From: a virus
Lineage: Duplodnaviria > Caudoviricetes
DNA length: 32,172 nt
IMG/VR virus record: IMGVR_UViG_3300046779_000412
Location: 1-32,172 of that record
Strand: one strand, 5' to 3'
Below the pieces are notes generated by a model. That model ran no database searches. It was not told the DNA's origin and saw only the letters and a list, made by a program, of their open reading frames with translations. Shown here in pieces: positions 15,724-24,556 of the stretch. The first letter of the stretch is position 1. Every line of letters begins with the position of its first letter. The position numbers were made by a program, and so were the translations under genes.

Positions 15724-16047
15724 ATGTCAACAACCATCTTTAATGAGGAACCTATGAAAATTAGACAAAGAGTAAAAAGATTTGATGAACTGAACGAAAC
15801 TAAAGCACGTCTATCATCGTTCATTTCTACATTGGAAGCAAATAATGCTGCAATTCTTTCTTCTGAATCAGAAGATGAAGAAGTTGTTGCTGCAAAAGCT
15901 GAATTGGTTAAAATCCTAGAAGCAAAGAAAGCAAAACTTGAAGAAGTCAATAAAGAGATTAAGGATCATAATTATTTCTTTAGAAAAACTAAAACAGATT
16001 TAGATCGTTATAGAAATACTGTCGAGTATATTGGCGAAGACGAATAA
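15724..16047 (+). CDS. Coiled-coil hypothetical protein
   Basis: ORF after TAAATA cores (15706-15715); alternative start 15754 has SD GAGGA. Confidence 0.65.
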   Translation: MSTTIFNEEPMKIRQRVKRFDELNETKARLSSFISTLEANNAAILSSESEDEEVVAAKAELVKILEAKKAKLEEVNKEIKDHNYFFRKTKTDLDRYRNTVEYIGEDE

Positions 16048-16048
16048 T

Positions 16049-16255
16049 ATGAAACAATTTTGTGATGAATGTGCGAGACTGGAAGCTGAGATTGAAATGA
16101 TGCGCTCTCGGCATTATGATGAGATTAAAATGCTAAAAAATGAACTCGCAGATGCAAGAAAATATGCATCTGCTGTCCAACGTGAAAATGAAGCATTGAG
16201 TTTAGATTTAGCATTTTACAATAAAGATTTTCCCTTGCCTTCCAATCAAAAGTGA
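16049..16255 (+). CDS. Hypothetical protein (CxxC plus coiled coil)
   Basis: ATG 16049 just after upstream stop; CDEC motif. Confidence 0.6.
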   Translation: MKQFCDECARLEAEIEMMRSRHYDEIKMLKNELADARKYASAVQRENEALSLDLAFYNKDFPLPSNQK

Positions 16256-16263
16256 TGTATAAT
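16235..16263 (+). promoter_or_regulatory. sigma70-type promoter
   Basis: TTGCCT, 17 bp, TATAAT. Confidence 0.7.
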
Positions 16264-16269
16264 ATGAAT

Positions 16270-16482
16270 ATGAATGAACTTTACAATAAACGTGATTCCT
16301 TGCAACTACAAAAGATGAAGTTGGATAAATTCTTTTCCATGTTCCTTGAGAAATATGAGCGAAAGATGGATCCAGAAAAACCAAACACACCCATTTGGAA
16401 ATTATATAAATCCAAACTCAAAGAATACGACGCTATTCAACAAGAAATTAGAAACACTAATTACTGGATTTCTAAATCATAA
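16270..16482 (+). CDS. Hypothetical protein (probably leaderless)
   Basis: In-frame ATG 7 nt after TATAAT; KMKLDKFFSMFLEKY...TPIWKLYK. Confidence 0.7.
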   Translation: MNELYNKRDSLQLQKMKLDKFFSMFLEKYERKMDPEKPNTPIWKLYKSKLKEYDAIQQEIRNTNYWISKS

Positions 16483-16484
16483 CT

Positions 16485-16700
16485 ATGTTTAAAACTGCAA
16501 ATGAATTTTCCATGCACATTGAATATATGGTGCGTGAGAAAAAGATAAATCACATGGATGCTGTTCTGGAATATTGTAAAGAAAATTACATCGAGCCAGA
16601 AGATGTAGCATCTCTCATTAATAAGTCTCTCAAAGATAAAATTGAGATGGACTTTAGGGAATTAAATTATCTTCCAAAACAAGCACAACTAGATTTATAA
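16485..16700 (+). CDS. 33: Late-promoter transcription coactivator gp33
   Basis: FS..IE..V......MDAVL.YC..N.IEPE.V..LI.KSLK.KI..D...LNYL; upstream of genes 59 and 32. Confidence 0.88.
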   Translation: MFKTANEFSMHIEYMVREKKINHMDAVLEYCKENYIEPEDVASLINKSLKDKIEMDFRELNYLPKQAQLDL

Positions 16701-17311
16701 TGGATGGGTTTAAAGCATATCGCTATTATTTGGCGATTAAATTGCATTTCACCACTGACAAATTTAATGTTTTTGAAAACAGAGGAAATGTCCGTGGCAC
16801 AAGAGAAGCATTTAATGCTAGAAATGATAGATACATTTTTGAAAAGTTAGCAAACAAATTTGATAACGATAAAGATATAATTCAATATTTTGTTTCTATC
16901 TTTGCTTATGGAAATAGTACTGCCATATATGATGGTAAAGAAGCAGATGATGCATACGTAGAATGGCTTAGAAGAAAACAAAGTATAACTAAAATTTTTA
17001 TTGATGACCTTGCAAGTCTAATAAATCATATAGAGATTAATAAATTAAAGTCTAGTGCAATATTTGAGTTTACTGATAATGAGTATCCTGTTGCACTTAA
17101 GATGTTTCTTGGTAAACAGATATCAATTGAAACAATTAGGATTATAGATGACATCTATCCAATAATTGAAAAATGGTCTAATAACGCATCAGTTAAATAT
17201 ATTTGGGAAGACGAGATTCGAAGAATTACAAAGTTGACTGGGTTTGTTAAATACGATAAAATTAAGATTAAGAAAATCTTTGATCATTTCATTGAAGAAA
17301 CACTAAGATAA
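16700..17311 (+). CDS. 59: Helicase loader gp59
   Basis: AY.YYLAIKLHFT...N...F..R.DRY.FEKL, ISIET; conserved 33-59-32 order. Confidence 0.9.
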   Translation: MDGFKAYRYYLAIKLHFTTDKFNVFENRGNVRGTREAFNARNDRYIFEKLANKFDNDKDIIQYFVSIFAYGNSTAIYDGKEADDAYVEWLRRKQSITKIFIDDLASLINHIEINKLKSSAIFEFTDNEYPVALKMFLGKQISIETIRIIDDIYPIIEKWSNNASVKYIWEDEIRRITKLTGFVKYDKIKIKKIFDHFIEETLR

Positions 17312-17312
17312 T

Positions 17313-17546
17313 ATGGGCAAGACTTATACTAAAAATTCACGTCGTTTTGATGACGAGGACACCAGTGGGCGAACTGGAAAACATGCTAAACACTCTAACA
17401 ATCGTAAGGGTGGAGGTATGAAAACGCTAAATAGTTATGTTGAAGAAGATTATGATTTTGATGATTACGATCCATTTGATGATGAGGTTGAATTACAAGA
17501 TGATATACAGATTGAACATACTAAAGATACTAACGATACTCCGTAA
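17313..17546 (+). CDS. Hypothetical protein with basic N-terminus and acidic C-terminus
   Basis: ORF fills the gap between genes 59 and 32. Confidence 0.65.
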   Translation: MGKTYTKNSRRFDDEDTSGRTGKHAKHSNNRKGGGMKTLNSYVEEDYDFDDYDPFDDEVELQDDIQIEHTKDTNDTP

Positions 17547-17563
17547 ATACGAAAGGAAATACT

Positions 17564-18469
17564 ATGGACATTCAAGCACTGCGTAAAATGCGTAACACTG
17601 ACTTCGGTCAAATCACTCAAGCATTCGATAAGATTGCAAATCCCCAAACAGAAACAAAATCATATGCAGACGATCGCTTTTGGCGTCTTGAGGGCGACAA
17701 GGCAGGTAATGGTACTGCAACTATTCGTTTCCTACCACGTGTAGAAGGCGACGAACTCCCATGGGTTCGTATCTTCAGTCATGGGTTCCAAGGTCCAACT
17801 GGCAAGTGGTATATCGAAAATTCCCTAACCACTCTTGGTGAAAACGATCCTGTTGGTGAACTAAACACTCAACTTTGGAACAGTGGTTCTGAAGCAAATA
17901 AAGAAATTGCTCGCAAACAAAAGCGTAAACTTTCTTTCATTGCGAATATCCTAGTTGTTTCCGATCCTAAGCATCCAGAAAACGAAGGCAAAGTATTCTT
18001 GTTTAAATTTGGCAAGAAAATCTTTGATAAGATTATGGATAAAGCACGTCCAACCTTCGAGGATGAGAAACCAGTGAATGTTTTTGATTTGTGGGAAGGA
18101 GCCAACTTCAAACTGCGTATGCGTAAGAAAGATGGTTATGCCAACTACGATGAATCAGTTTTCACTGAGCCATGTGCTGTTTCTGATGATGAAGAAGGAT
18201 TGTTAAAGATTGTAAATTCTCAGTACAAATTGGCTGAGTTTACAGATCGCAAAAACTTCAAATCTTACGATGAGTTAAAGCGTAAGTTGAATGAGGTTCT
18301 TTCTGGTGATTCTTTTGCTAGCAAATCTGCAGCAGAGATTGCTGAAGAAGATCGTCCAGTTGCTGCTGCTCCGAAGATTGCATCTAAACCAGCACCTTCT
18401 CCTAAGTCAATGGATGAAGATGATGACGATGTGATGTCTTATTTTGAGAAGATTGCTAAGGAAGATTAA
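17564..18469 (+). CDS. 32: Single-stranded DNA-binding protein gp32
   Basis: DDRFW..DKAGNG.A.IRFLP, HGFQGP.G.WYIENSLTT, FGKKIFDKI, GANFKL, NYD.S, acidic tail. Confidence 0.97.
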   Translation: MDIQALRKMRNTDFGQITQAFDKIANPQTETKSYADDRFWRLEGDKAGNGTATIRFLPRVEGDELPWVRIFSHGFQGPTGKWYIENSLTTLGENDPVGELNTQLWNSGSEANKEIARKQKRKLSFIANILVVSDPKHPENEGKVFLFKFGKKIFDKIMDKARPTFEDEKPVNVFDLWEGANFKLRMRKKDGYANYDESVFTEPCAVSDDEEGLLKIVNSQYKLAEFTDRKNFKSYDELKRKLNEVLSGDSFASKSAAEIAEEDRPVAAAPKIASKPAPSPKSMDEDDDDVMSYFEKIAKED

Positions 18470-18491
18470 ACAAATCCCATGCAAGTGCGGT

Positions 18492-18519
18492 AGGGGAGAC
18501 TTCGGTCTCCCCTTTTTTA
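18492..18519 (+). terminator. Rho-independent terminator with cUUCGg tetraloop
   Basis: GGGGAGAC-TTCG-GTCTCCCC followed by TTTTTT, between convergent genes. Confidence 0.92.
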
Positions 18520-18521
18520 TT

Positions 18522-20327
18522 TTAGAAGTCGTTTAAAGCAATACTTCCATATCTTCCTCTTTGATATCGTTGCCAAGAGGATTCTTGATTTCTATAATTT
18601 GGTCTAATAACATTGGTCTGATGTTTAACATTGTTAACAGTTGGTGCCACCACATTAGTGCTTTTGCCACCACCAGCTTTGGCTTGCATAGCCAATTGAC
18701 TGTTTTGCGCAGATCTGCTTTCTACTGTTGTCGCATTTCCCATTGCTGCACCCATAGCAGCAATTTTTTCTGTAGGTAATGCAGAGATTGCTTTAATTTT
18801 ATCTGTATCAATACCAGAGAATGCTTTCAGACCTGTAGCAAGTTTCTCAACACCGATACCTGCCTTTTCAATATTTACACCATTGTTACCTAGTTTTGTG
18901 ATTTGTTCTATTGGTCCACCACCTGGAGTGATAGCACCAAGCAGTCCACCAACCAAATTACCAACACCAGCAATTGCACCGCCTGTGCCGAATGCAGCCA
19001 AACCACCAGCAACTGCTAATAATCCCCCACCGACAGCCAGAAGATTTGATCCATCTATTTCAGATAGTCTTTCTATGCTAGTAGTCACTGCATCAATAAT
19101 ACCAGTGATACTATCACTTATTGTAGAAATAATTTCTACGATAACACCACCAATAGAAGTGATTATTTCTGGTAGTTTATCCAATGCTTTCATAACTACA
19201 TCACCAATCACTTCTGCCATTTTCATTAGGACAGGAGCAAATGCTGCAATGGCAGGTGCAGCCATTTCTAATGCTTTACCTAATCCCATCATGGCAAGAG
19301 TAAACGCACCAAGCCCCACTAAAGATGCTGGGTTGGCTAAAGCAGCAACACCAGAAGAAAGTCCACGTAAAAATAATGCAAGACCTCTTCCTGCGCCACC
19401 ACCGATAGATTGTAAAAGTTTTCCTAATCCTTTACCTAACGATCCAAGACCAGCACCAATACCACCCAATAATCCACCACTTTCTCCACCAGAAGCACTC
19501 GATGCTTTTTGATCTGGTGAACCACCACGTGTATTTTCTTCGATCTTATGGAGAAGATCTGTTTGATCTCCCATTAAACGAGCGTTTTCTATTTGTGCTT
19601 CTTGTTGTTCGCCAGCATTTTGTGCAGCTGTAGACGGAGTAACAGGTTGTAAATTTGTCATTGGTGCTTGAGCCATTGGACCACTAGCAACCAATCCTGC
19701 TCTTGCATCAAATTTAGAAAATTCAGAAGATGCTTGTGCACGTTTCTCTAAAAGTGCTTTTCCTGGACCAGTCTTACCTAATTGTTCTTCGTTTAGACCA
19801 GTGACTTTCTTTAGTCTTTCAAGTTCTGCCTCATTAGATTGTAAACTTTTAGCTGCGCTTTGAGCACCTTCATATTTTTGTTTTAATTCAGCACGAGAAC
19901 CAGTTACACCTAGTGCTTTTTGCTGCTGAATAAAATCTTCTCTTGCCAATCTTTTATTGTTTATTCCACCAACATTCGTAGCAGAGAGAACAGATTTTCT
20001 TAAATTATCTAAAGAAAACTTACTTTTAAAAGAACCAAATCCTTCACTAAGTCTTTCACCAAGAGACTTAAAAGTTGTGACACCTTGTGCAAGTTTAGCA
20101 ATATCAGCTGCATCTTCTGCTCTTGCTTTAGCATCCTCTTTCATCTGCTCTAGCATTTCTTTCTGCACATTTAGCGATTCTTTTTCGACCGCTGCTGATG
20201 AAGAAACCATCATTGGTGATGCAGATGATTCAATAACAGATCTAATTGAACGTAAATTTTCGTTAGCAACTTCCTGCAGTTCAATTAGTCTGCTGAAACT
20301 TTTTGGTGAAGCGGTTATAACTGTCAT
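18522..20327 (-). CDS. Tape-measure / baseplate hub length-determinant-like protein (gp29-like)
   Basis: 601 aa, helical and Ala/Gly-rich, with hydrophobic amphipathic middle and VVAPTVNN-type C-terminus; downstream of the gp26/51-like gene. Confidence 0.7.
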   Translation of the reverse strand: MTVITASPKSFSRLIELQEVANENLRSIRSVIESSASPMMVSSSAAVEKESLNVQKEMLEQMKEDAKARAEDAADIAKLAQGVTTFKSLGERLSEGFGSFKSKFSLDNLRKSVLSATNVGGINNKRLAREDFIQQQKALGVTGSRAELKQKYEGAQSAAKSLQSNEAELERLKKVTGLNEEQLGKTGPGKALLEKRAQASSEFSKFDARAGLVASGPMAQAPMTNLQPVTPSTAAQNAGEQQEAQIENARLMGDQTDLLHKIEENTRGGSPDQKASSASGGESGGLLGGIGAGLGSLGKGLGKLLQSIGGGAGRGLALFLRGLSSGVAALANPASLVGLGAFTLAMMGLGKALEMAAPAIAAFAPVLMKMAEVIGDVVMKALDKLPEIITSIGGVIVEIISTISDSITGIIDAVTTSIERLSEIDGSNLLAVGGGLLAVAGGLAAFGTGGAIAGVGNLVGGLLGAITPGGGPIEQITKLGNNGVNIEKAGIGVEKLATGLKAFSGIDTDKIKAISALPTEKIAAMGAAMGNATTVESRSAQNSQLAMQAKAGGGKSTNVVAPTVNNVKHQTNVIRPNYRNQESSWQRYQRGRYGSIALNDF

Positions 20328-20330
20328 CTT

Positions 20331-20519
20331 TTATGCTCTTCTAGTAGATTCGATTCTTTTCTTTTCTTCTTCCAAATATTGAACCAACATGTAAATGTAG
20401 ACTTCTCTTTCAAACGGTATCATATTCTCAAGTTCCGTTAATGAATATTTGTGGTACTGCATTAGTGCGAAGTTTAGTTTATAATGATTCTCTAAACTGT
20501 CATGACAAAGGTTAATTAA
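20331..20519 (-). CDS. Small gp51-like ORF, probably the -1 frameshift extension of the upstream gene (not in ORF track)
   Basis: Open frame LINLCHDSLENHYKLNFALMQYHKYSLTELENMIPFEREVYIYMLVQYLEEEKKRIESTRRA*; overlaps the T8 run; first Met (20462) has no SD. Confidence 0.75.
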   Translation of the reverse strand, partial: LINLCHDSLENHYKLNFALMQYHKYSLTELENMIPFEREVYIYMLVQYLEEEKKRIESTRRA

Positions 20520-21238
20520 AAAAAACTTTGCATTCCCTCCAGTACCTTGTGGTGATGTTTACCACAAACTGGACAATTGTATTCTACTTCTGTTTTAATC
20601 CTTGGCATTGTTTCAAAGAATTTCTGCACCTTCATGAATTGTTCAGAAGTTAAATTGTTTAAGAATTGTACTAATTCTTCATGCTTCTGTTCATTACCAT
20701 AGAAAATCTCTTCGCCTTGGAATACGTAATCAATAGATCCTGCAATAATATCAAAAACTTTATCTATATTGTCAGTTTCTAATGCTTCAAGTTTTTTCAT
20801 AACATCAATAGTTGGATATTTCATTACAACACCAACATCTCCAAACAGATCAATTTTATTGGAGTGCTCAGGATTTTTATCAACTACAATTTTAGTTAAA
20901 TCAATAGAAACTTTTGATCTGGCTTTTTCATTCATTTCACCATGATCGTCATCACATGGGAAAATTAAATCAATAGTCTCACCAACTGATTTGGCACGGA
21001 TTTGAGTAAACATATACTCTAAATCAAATGTAGCTAGTTTTGCCGCATCAAGTTTATCTTGAACACAAGAAATAATAATATTCTTTAGTGTTTCAACCAT
21101 AACTTTAACATCTTCAGACTGCTGGGCAATAAGAAGAGCTTTTTCTTCTTTTACCAAAAATGGTCTAAATTTTACTGTCAATCCACTCGAAGGCACAACC
21201 ATTGTATAGGTTGGTGCGCTCATCATAGGTAATGCCAT
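20516..21238 (-). CDS. Baseplate hub assembly / tail chaperone (T4 gp26/gp51-like)
   Basis: MALP...P.Y, FRPFLVKEEK.LL.A, FDLEY.F..IRAKSVGE, MKYPT, FFETMP, CPVC, LEGMQSFF. Confidence 0.88.
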   Translation of the reverse strand: MALPMMSAPTYTMVVPSSGLTVKFRPFLVKEEKALLIAQQSEDVKVMVETLKNIIISCVQDKLDAAKLATFDLEYMFTQIRAKSVGETIDLIFPCDDDHGEMNEKARSKVSIDLTKIVVDKNPEHSNKIDLFGDVGVVMKYPTIDVMKKLEALETDNIDKVFDIIAGSIDYVFQGEEIFYGNEQKHEELVQFLNNLTSEQFMKVQKFFETMPRIKTEVEYNCPVCGKHHHKVLEGMQSFF

Positions 21239-21239
21239 A

Positions 21240-21647
21240 TTAATCTCCTTTAGTCATATTTTTAATTAACTTATTCAACTCACTAGTGCTACCGACAAAG
21301 ATAGCATTATTGTTTGTTACTTCTTTCTTTGCACTTTCTTTTGGTGCATCAAGTTTTGCTTTTTGCTGATGTAAATCCATTAGTTGTTGATTTACATCCG
21401 CTAATTGTTTCATTAAATTACCAACAACTTCAAATGCTCTTGGGTGTTCAGATTGTTTTGCGACTTCAAGCGCACTATTTAATGCTTCTTGTCCTTGCAC
21501 CAATAACATTCTTATATGAGACCTTGTTATTTCATAATCGTCTTCGATATTTTTATCTGATTTAATAACAATGTTGTTTTTATCTACAATCTCAGTTTTT
21601 ACTGGCTCAACTTCAAACACTTTAGATAACGATTCATCGATATTCAT
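21240..21647 (-). CDS. 16: Terminase small subunit gp16
   Basis: DDYE..R, A..SEHPRAFEV...L.K, NNAIFVGSTSEL.K. Confidence 0.88.
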   Translation of the reverse strand: MNIDESLSKVFEVEPVKTEIVDKNNIVIKSDKNIEDDYEITRSHIRMLLVQGQEALNSALEVAKQSEHPRAFEVVGNLMKQLADVNQQLMDLHQQKAKLDAPKESAKKEVTNNNAIFVGSTSELNKLIKNMTKGD

Positions 21648-21657
21648 ATTTACTCAC

Positions 21658-22371
21658 TTAAAATTTTAATAATCCTGGTATCTTTGTTACACCATAAGTT
21701 AATGCAGATCCTGTGATAAAATTACCAGCACGTTCACCTAAAGTTTTATTAAGTGTTTCTTGAAATCCAGAAAAGTCTTTTGTAAACTTTCCTAGAAGCC
21801 CACCTGGTATTTTTTGATCATCATTAAGAACAGATATTGTGCTGGCTGTCCAATATTTGTATTGCATAGAAACTTGTAATTTCATGACATCTTTATTAGA
21901 TGCGTCTAACTGTATACTTGACATTGTTTTTGGATAGCATTCATGTAGAACTACTTCATATCTAGTTTTATCATTTAGATCTTGAACTTCAATAACCATA
22001 TTTGTAGTATAATTATTGTAGTAATTAAATGTTCTAGTTCTTGGATTTTGTATTCCATTGATCCATTGATCAAACAATTTTTTAACTTTAAGATCTTGGT
22101 CTACATAAAATGACATGTTGATGTTATCAAATAATTTTTCGTATGGAACTTCTCTAAATTCACCATATGCTCTATTTTGTATAGTTGAGAAATTAACACC
22201 TGGAAGCTGAACAGAATCAGCAAATAATAAAATTTTTCTCAGAGAACTATAATCTGGGTTTGTAGGGGTTCCTTTTGCATCTACAGCAACAGGTGGGGTG
22301 AACAAAATAGCAAATCTGTTAGTTCTTGCTACTGCTCCTCTTTTTATTTCTGATACGAAATCTTTTATCAT
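21658..22371 (-). CDS. 54: Baseplate/tail-tube initiator gp54-like (tube-protein fold)
   Basis: ARTNRF, SVQLPG, PYEK, F.VD...K..FD.W, YP..MS.I.LD, V...YKYW. Confidence 0.75.
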   Translation of the reverse strand: MIKDFVSEIKRGAVARTNRFAILFTPPVAVDAKGTPTNPDYSSLRKILLFADSVQLPGVNFSTIQNRAYGEFREVPYEKLFDNINMSFYVDQDLKVKKLFDQWINGIQNPRTRTFNYYNNYTTNMVIEVQDLNDKTRYEVVLHECYPKTMSSIQLDASNKDVMKLQVSMQYKYWTASTISVLNDDQKIPGGLLGKFTKDFSGFQETLNKTLGERAGNFITGSALTYGVTKIPGLLKF

Positions 22372-22970
22372 TTTGTTCTAATTATCCTTCTGGAATCTGC
22401 CCAGATTTCTTGTTTACTAGCACCCACAAATCTTTCTACTGGTAATAACATAGCAGTAGCCCAGTCGTTAGAATTTACCTTTCTAAACTGAGATCTAACA
22501 TGTCCAGTTAAATACTGTTTTATACAAGGTTTTGCCGCATCAAATCTAGAAACACCATCAATCAAAGCCCATGAATATTTAATTCTAGTAGTTTCATTCA
22601 TTTTTGCGTTGCTTTTATAAACTAATAATCTATCTAAAAGTTGGATTCTTAAACCATATGGAAGATAATGCATATTCAAACCAATGAACCCATCTTCGGT
22701 TTTTCTAAATGGAAACACTAATGGAAATCTATCGTAATAAGGTAACTCATTTTTTAGTTTAGGGTCATACAAAAACATGTATAAATGACCAGGCATTATT
22801 GTAGTTGTTAATTGCTCTGGGTTTCCCTGTAATACTTTTGGAGGAGTGATCTGCTGCCTAGTCATCAATGTGACTTGTTGATCAAACCAACTTTTTGATT
22901 TCCTAGCAGCTGTTGCTAGGTCATATTTGTTGCGTTCGAAGACGTCGAGTAAAGTTTTAGATTTAGGCAT
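22368..22970 (-). CDS. 2: DNA end protector protein gp2
   Basis: G.LYMF.YDPK.K..LPYYDRFPLV, GF.GLN.HYLP, PCIK.YL..HVRS, LP.E.F. Confidence 0.92.
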   Translation of the reverse strand: MPKSKTLLDVFERNKYDLATAARKSKSWFDQQVTLMTRQQITPPKVLQGNPEQLTTTIMPGHLYMFLYDPKLKNELPYYDRFPLVFPFRKTEDGFIGLNMHYLPYGLRIQLLDRLLVYKSNAKMNETTRIKYSWALIDGVSRFDAAKPCIKQYLTGHVRSQFRKVNSNDWATAMLLPVERFVGASKQEIWADSRRIIRTK

Positions 22971-22975
22971 AAATA

Positions 22976-23407
22976 TTATTTAGCTGCTATACCCAAGTCG
23001 TATTCAGTTATAATTTTAAACTCCCATCCTCTATCTTTAGCGTATTCTTTTGCAGCATCCCATTTAGCCTGATTTTTCATGAAAATAAGAGATTCTGTTA
23101 GGTATTTTTGTGTTCTTTTTCCAGGATAAATTGGTGGACTAACTTGTTTGCTTGGTTTAACCTCAATAAGATAGGTTTTACCTGTATTCAAAGTCATTTT
23201 AAAGTCTACAAAATAACGATGGATTCTATTATCTGTAGGGCATCTGTAAGGGATTATGATTTCTTCAGAGTTCCATTTTACGATAGAAGGGTTTTTATCG
23301 CACCAATTTGCGAACATAGTTTCCCATGAAGACCTCATAATTATATTTGTTGGGTCTCCTGTGTATTTTTCAGGAAATAATGGAGTAAACTTTCTTTTAT
23401 GGAACAT
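22976..23407 (-). CDS. 4: Head completion nuclease gp4 (TnsA-like)
   Basis: P.KY.GD..NI..RSSWE, W.SEE..IPY, HRYFVDF, IEVKP, NQAKW.AA, F.IITE. Confidence 0.93.
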   Translation of the reverse strand: MFHKRKFTPLFPEKYTGDPTNIIMRSSWETMFANWCDKNPSIVKWNSEEIIIPYRCPTDNRIHRYFVDFKMTLNTGKTYLIEVKPSKQVSPPIYPGKRTQKYLTESLIFMKNQAKWDAAKEYAKDRGWEFKIITEYDLGIAAK

Positions 23408-23443
23408 AAATAATCTTGGAAAATAATAACCACTAATTATTTA
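23407..23443. promoter_or_regulatory. Face-to-face late promoter cores at the gene 4 / gene 48 divergence
   Basis: TAAATA on + (23407-23412) and on - (23443-23438, CCTAAATAA). Confidence 0.6.
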
Positions 23444-23458
23444 GGTTAAGGACACTAA

Positions 23459-24556
23459 ATGAGTCAAGCAGAAATTCGAAAGTCTGAGCAGAGACAAGAA
23501 CAGAGATCTAATCTCTATACTCCTCGAGGCACATCGACCACGTTTAAACAGACTGGTAAAGATAGCTACGAAATTAAAAGTCATAGTTATCCGATTGATT
23601 TAATGGATCCTACCGATATTTACGGTGGGAACTATGTTGTTTTCTATATTAATGTTGCTGTAGATTCAAAACTAGCAAAAACTGCTTCTGCCGATAAGTT
23701 TGTTAATGAAACTGTTCCTAGAGATCGTGGAGATTTAATTGCTCAAAATTTTTCTAAAGAAGGATTATTTGCTGCTAATGCTGGCTTAAATGCAGGTGGA
23801 GCAGTTCTTGGATCAGCATTAGGTGTAGGTGGTGCTTCTGGAAGTGCTGCATTATTGGCTACTGTTGGAGCTGGCGCAGTGGCAAGTTATGCTGCATCTG
23901 CATCAAGAGCACAGAAAAGATTAAAAACAGCTATTGCTCTCCATATGCCAAATCAATTACAAATTAGATATGGTATGCAATGGTCTGAAGATGACACTGG
24001 TGCCATAGCAATGGTTGGTGCAGCTGGGGATGAAATTATGAAGGCACTACAATCAAAAGATGGTGGTAAAAATCTAGCAGAACCAGCACAAGCAATTATA
24101 TCAAATTTAGCATTATCCAAGGGTCCATTTGGTGCTGCTAATTCTGCAGCAACAGGTTTGGCAGCAAACCCAAAGAAAGAACAAATTTTTAAGGGGGTTG
24201 ATTTTAGATCATTTCAGTTTGAATATCAATTCTTTCCAAGAAGTTCTGACGAGGCAAAAAATGTTCTGAATATTATTCAGGAATTTAAATATCATATGCA
24301 TCCAGAATTTAAAGATTCAAATAATTTTGTTTACATTTATCCATCTGAGTTTGATATATTCTACTATCAGGGTGGAAAAGAAAACCTCAATATTCATCGC
24401 CACACTTCTTGTGTATTAACAGAGATGAGTGTTAACTATACACCAAACGGAACATTTACAACTTTTGAAAATGGTATGCCTACTCAAATAAATGTTCAGT
24501 TAAGTTTCCGTGAACTTGCACTTCTTACTAAAGATAAAGTTAAGGATGGTCTATAA
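23459..24556 (+). CDS. 48: Baseplate tail-tube cap gp48
   Basis: I.L.MP, NP..EQ.F.GV.FR.F.F.Y.F.P.S..E, YPSEF.I, CVLT.M.VNYTP.G, G.P.......F.E. Confidence 0.88.
   Translation: MSQAEIRKSEQRQEQRSNLYTPRGTSTTFKQTGKDSYEIKSHSYPIDLMDPTDIYGGNYVVFYINVAVDSKLAKTASADKFVNETVPRDRGDLIAQNFSKEGLFAANAGLNAGGAVLGSALGVGGASGSAALLATVGAGAVASYAASASRAQKRLKTAIALHMPNQLQIRYGMQWSEDDTGAIAMVGAAGDEIMKALQSKDGGKNLAEPAQAIISNLALSKGPFGAANSAATGLAANPKKEQIFKGVDFRSFQFEYQFFPRSSDEAKNVLNIIQEFKYHMHPEFKDSNNFVYIYPSEFDIFYYQGGKENLNIHRHTSCVLTEMSVNYTPNGTFTTFENGMPTQINVQLSFRELALLTKDKVKDGL

Noticed and set aside
15375-15950. 191-aa minus-strand ORF
   Set aside because: It is an antisense shadow of two plus-strand genes that have their own promoters, with Ser/Phe-rich composition.
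18883-20382. 209-aa and 141-aa plus-strand ORFs
   Set aside because: They are antisense to the Gly/Ala-rich tape-measure-like gene, whose codon bias explains the open frames.
20518-20525. A8 homopolymer as a sequencing error or pseudogene break
   Set aside because: The upstream gene ends in the expected SFF* terminus and the layout matches frameshifted chaperones. An error cannot be fully excluded without reads.
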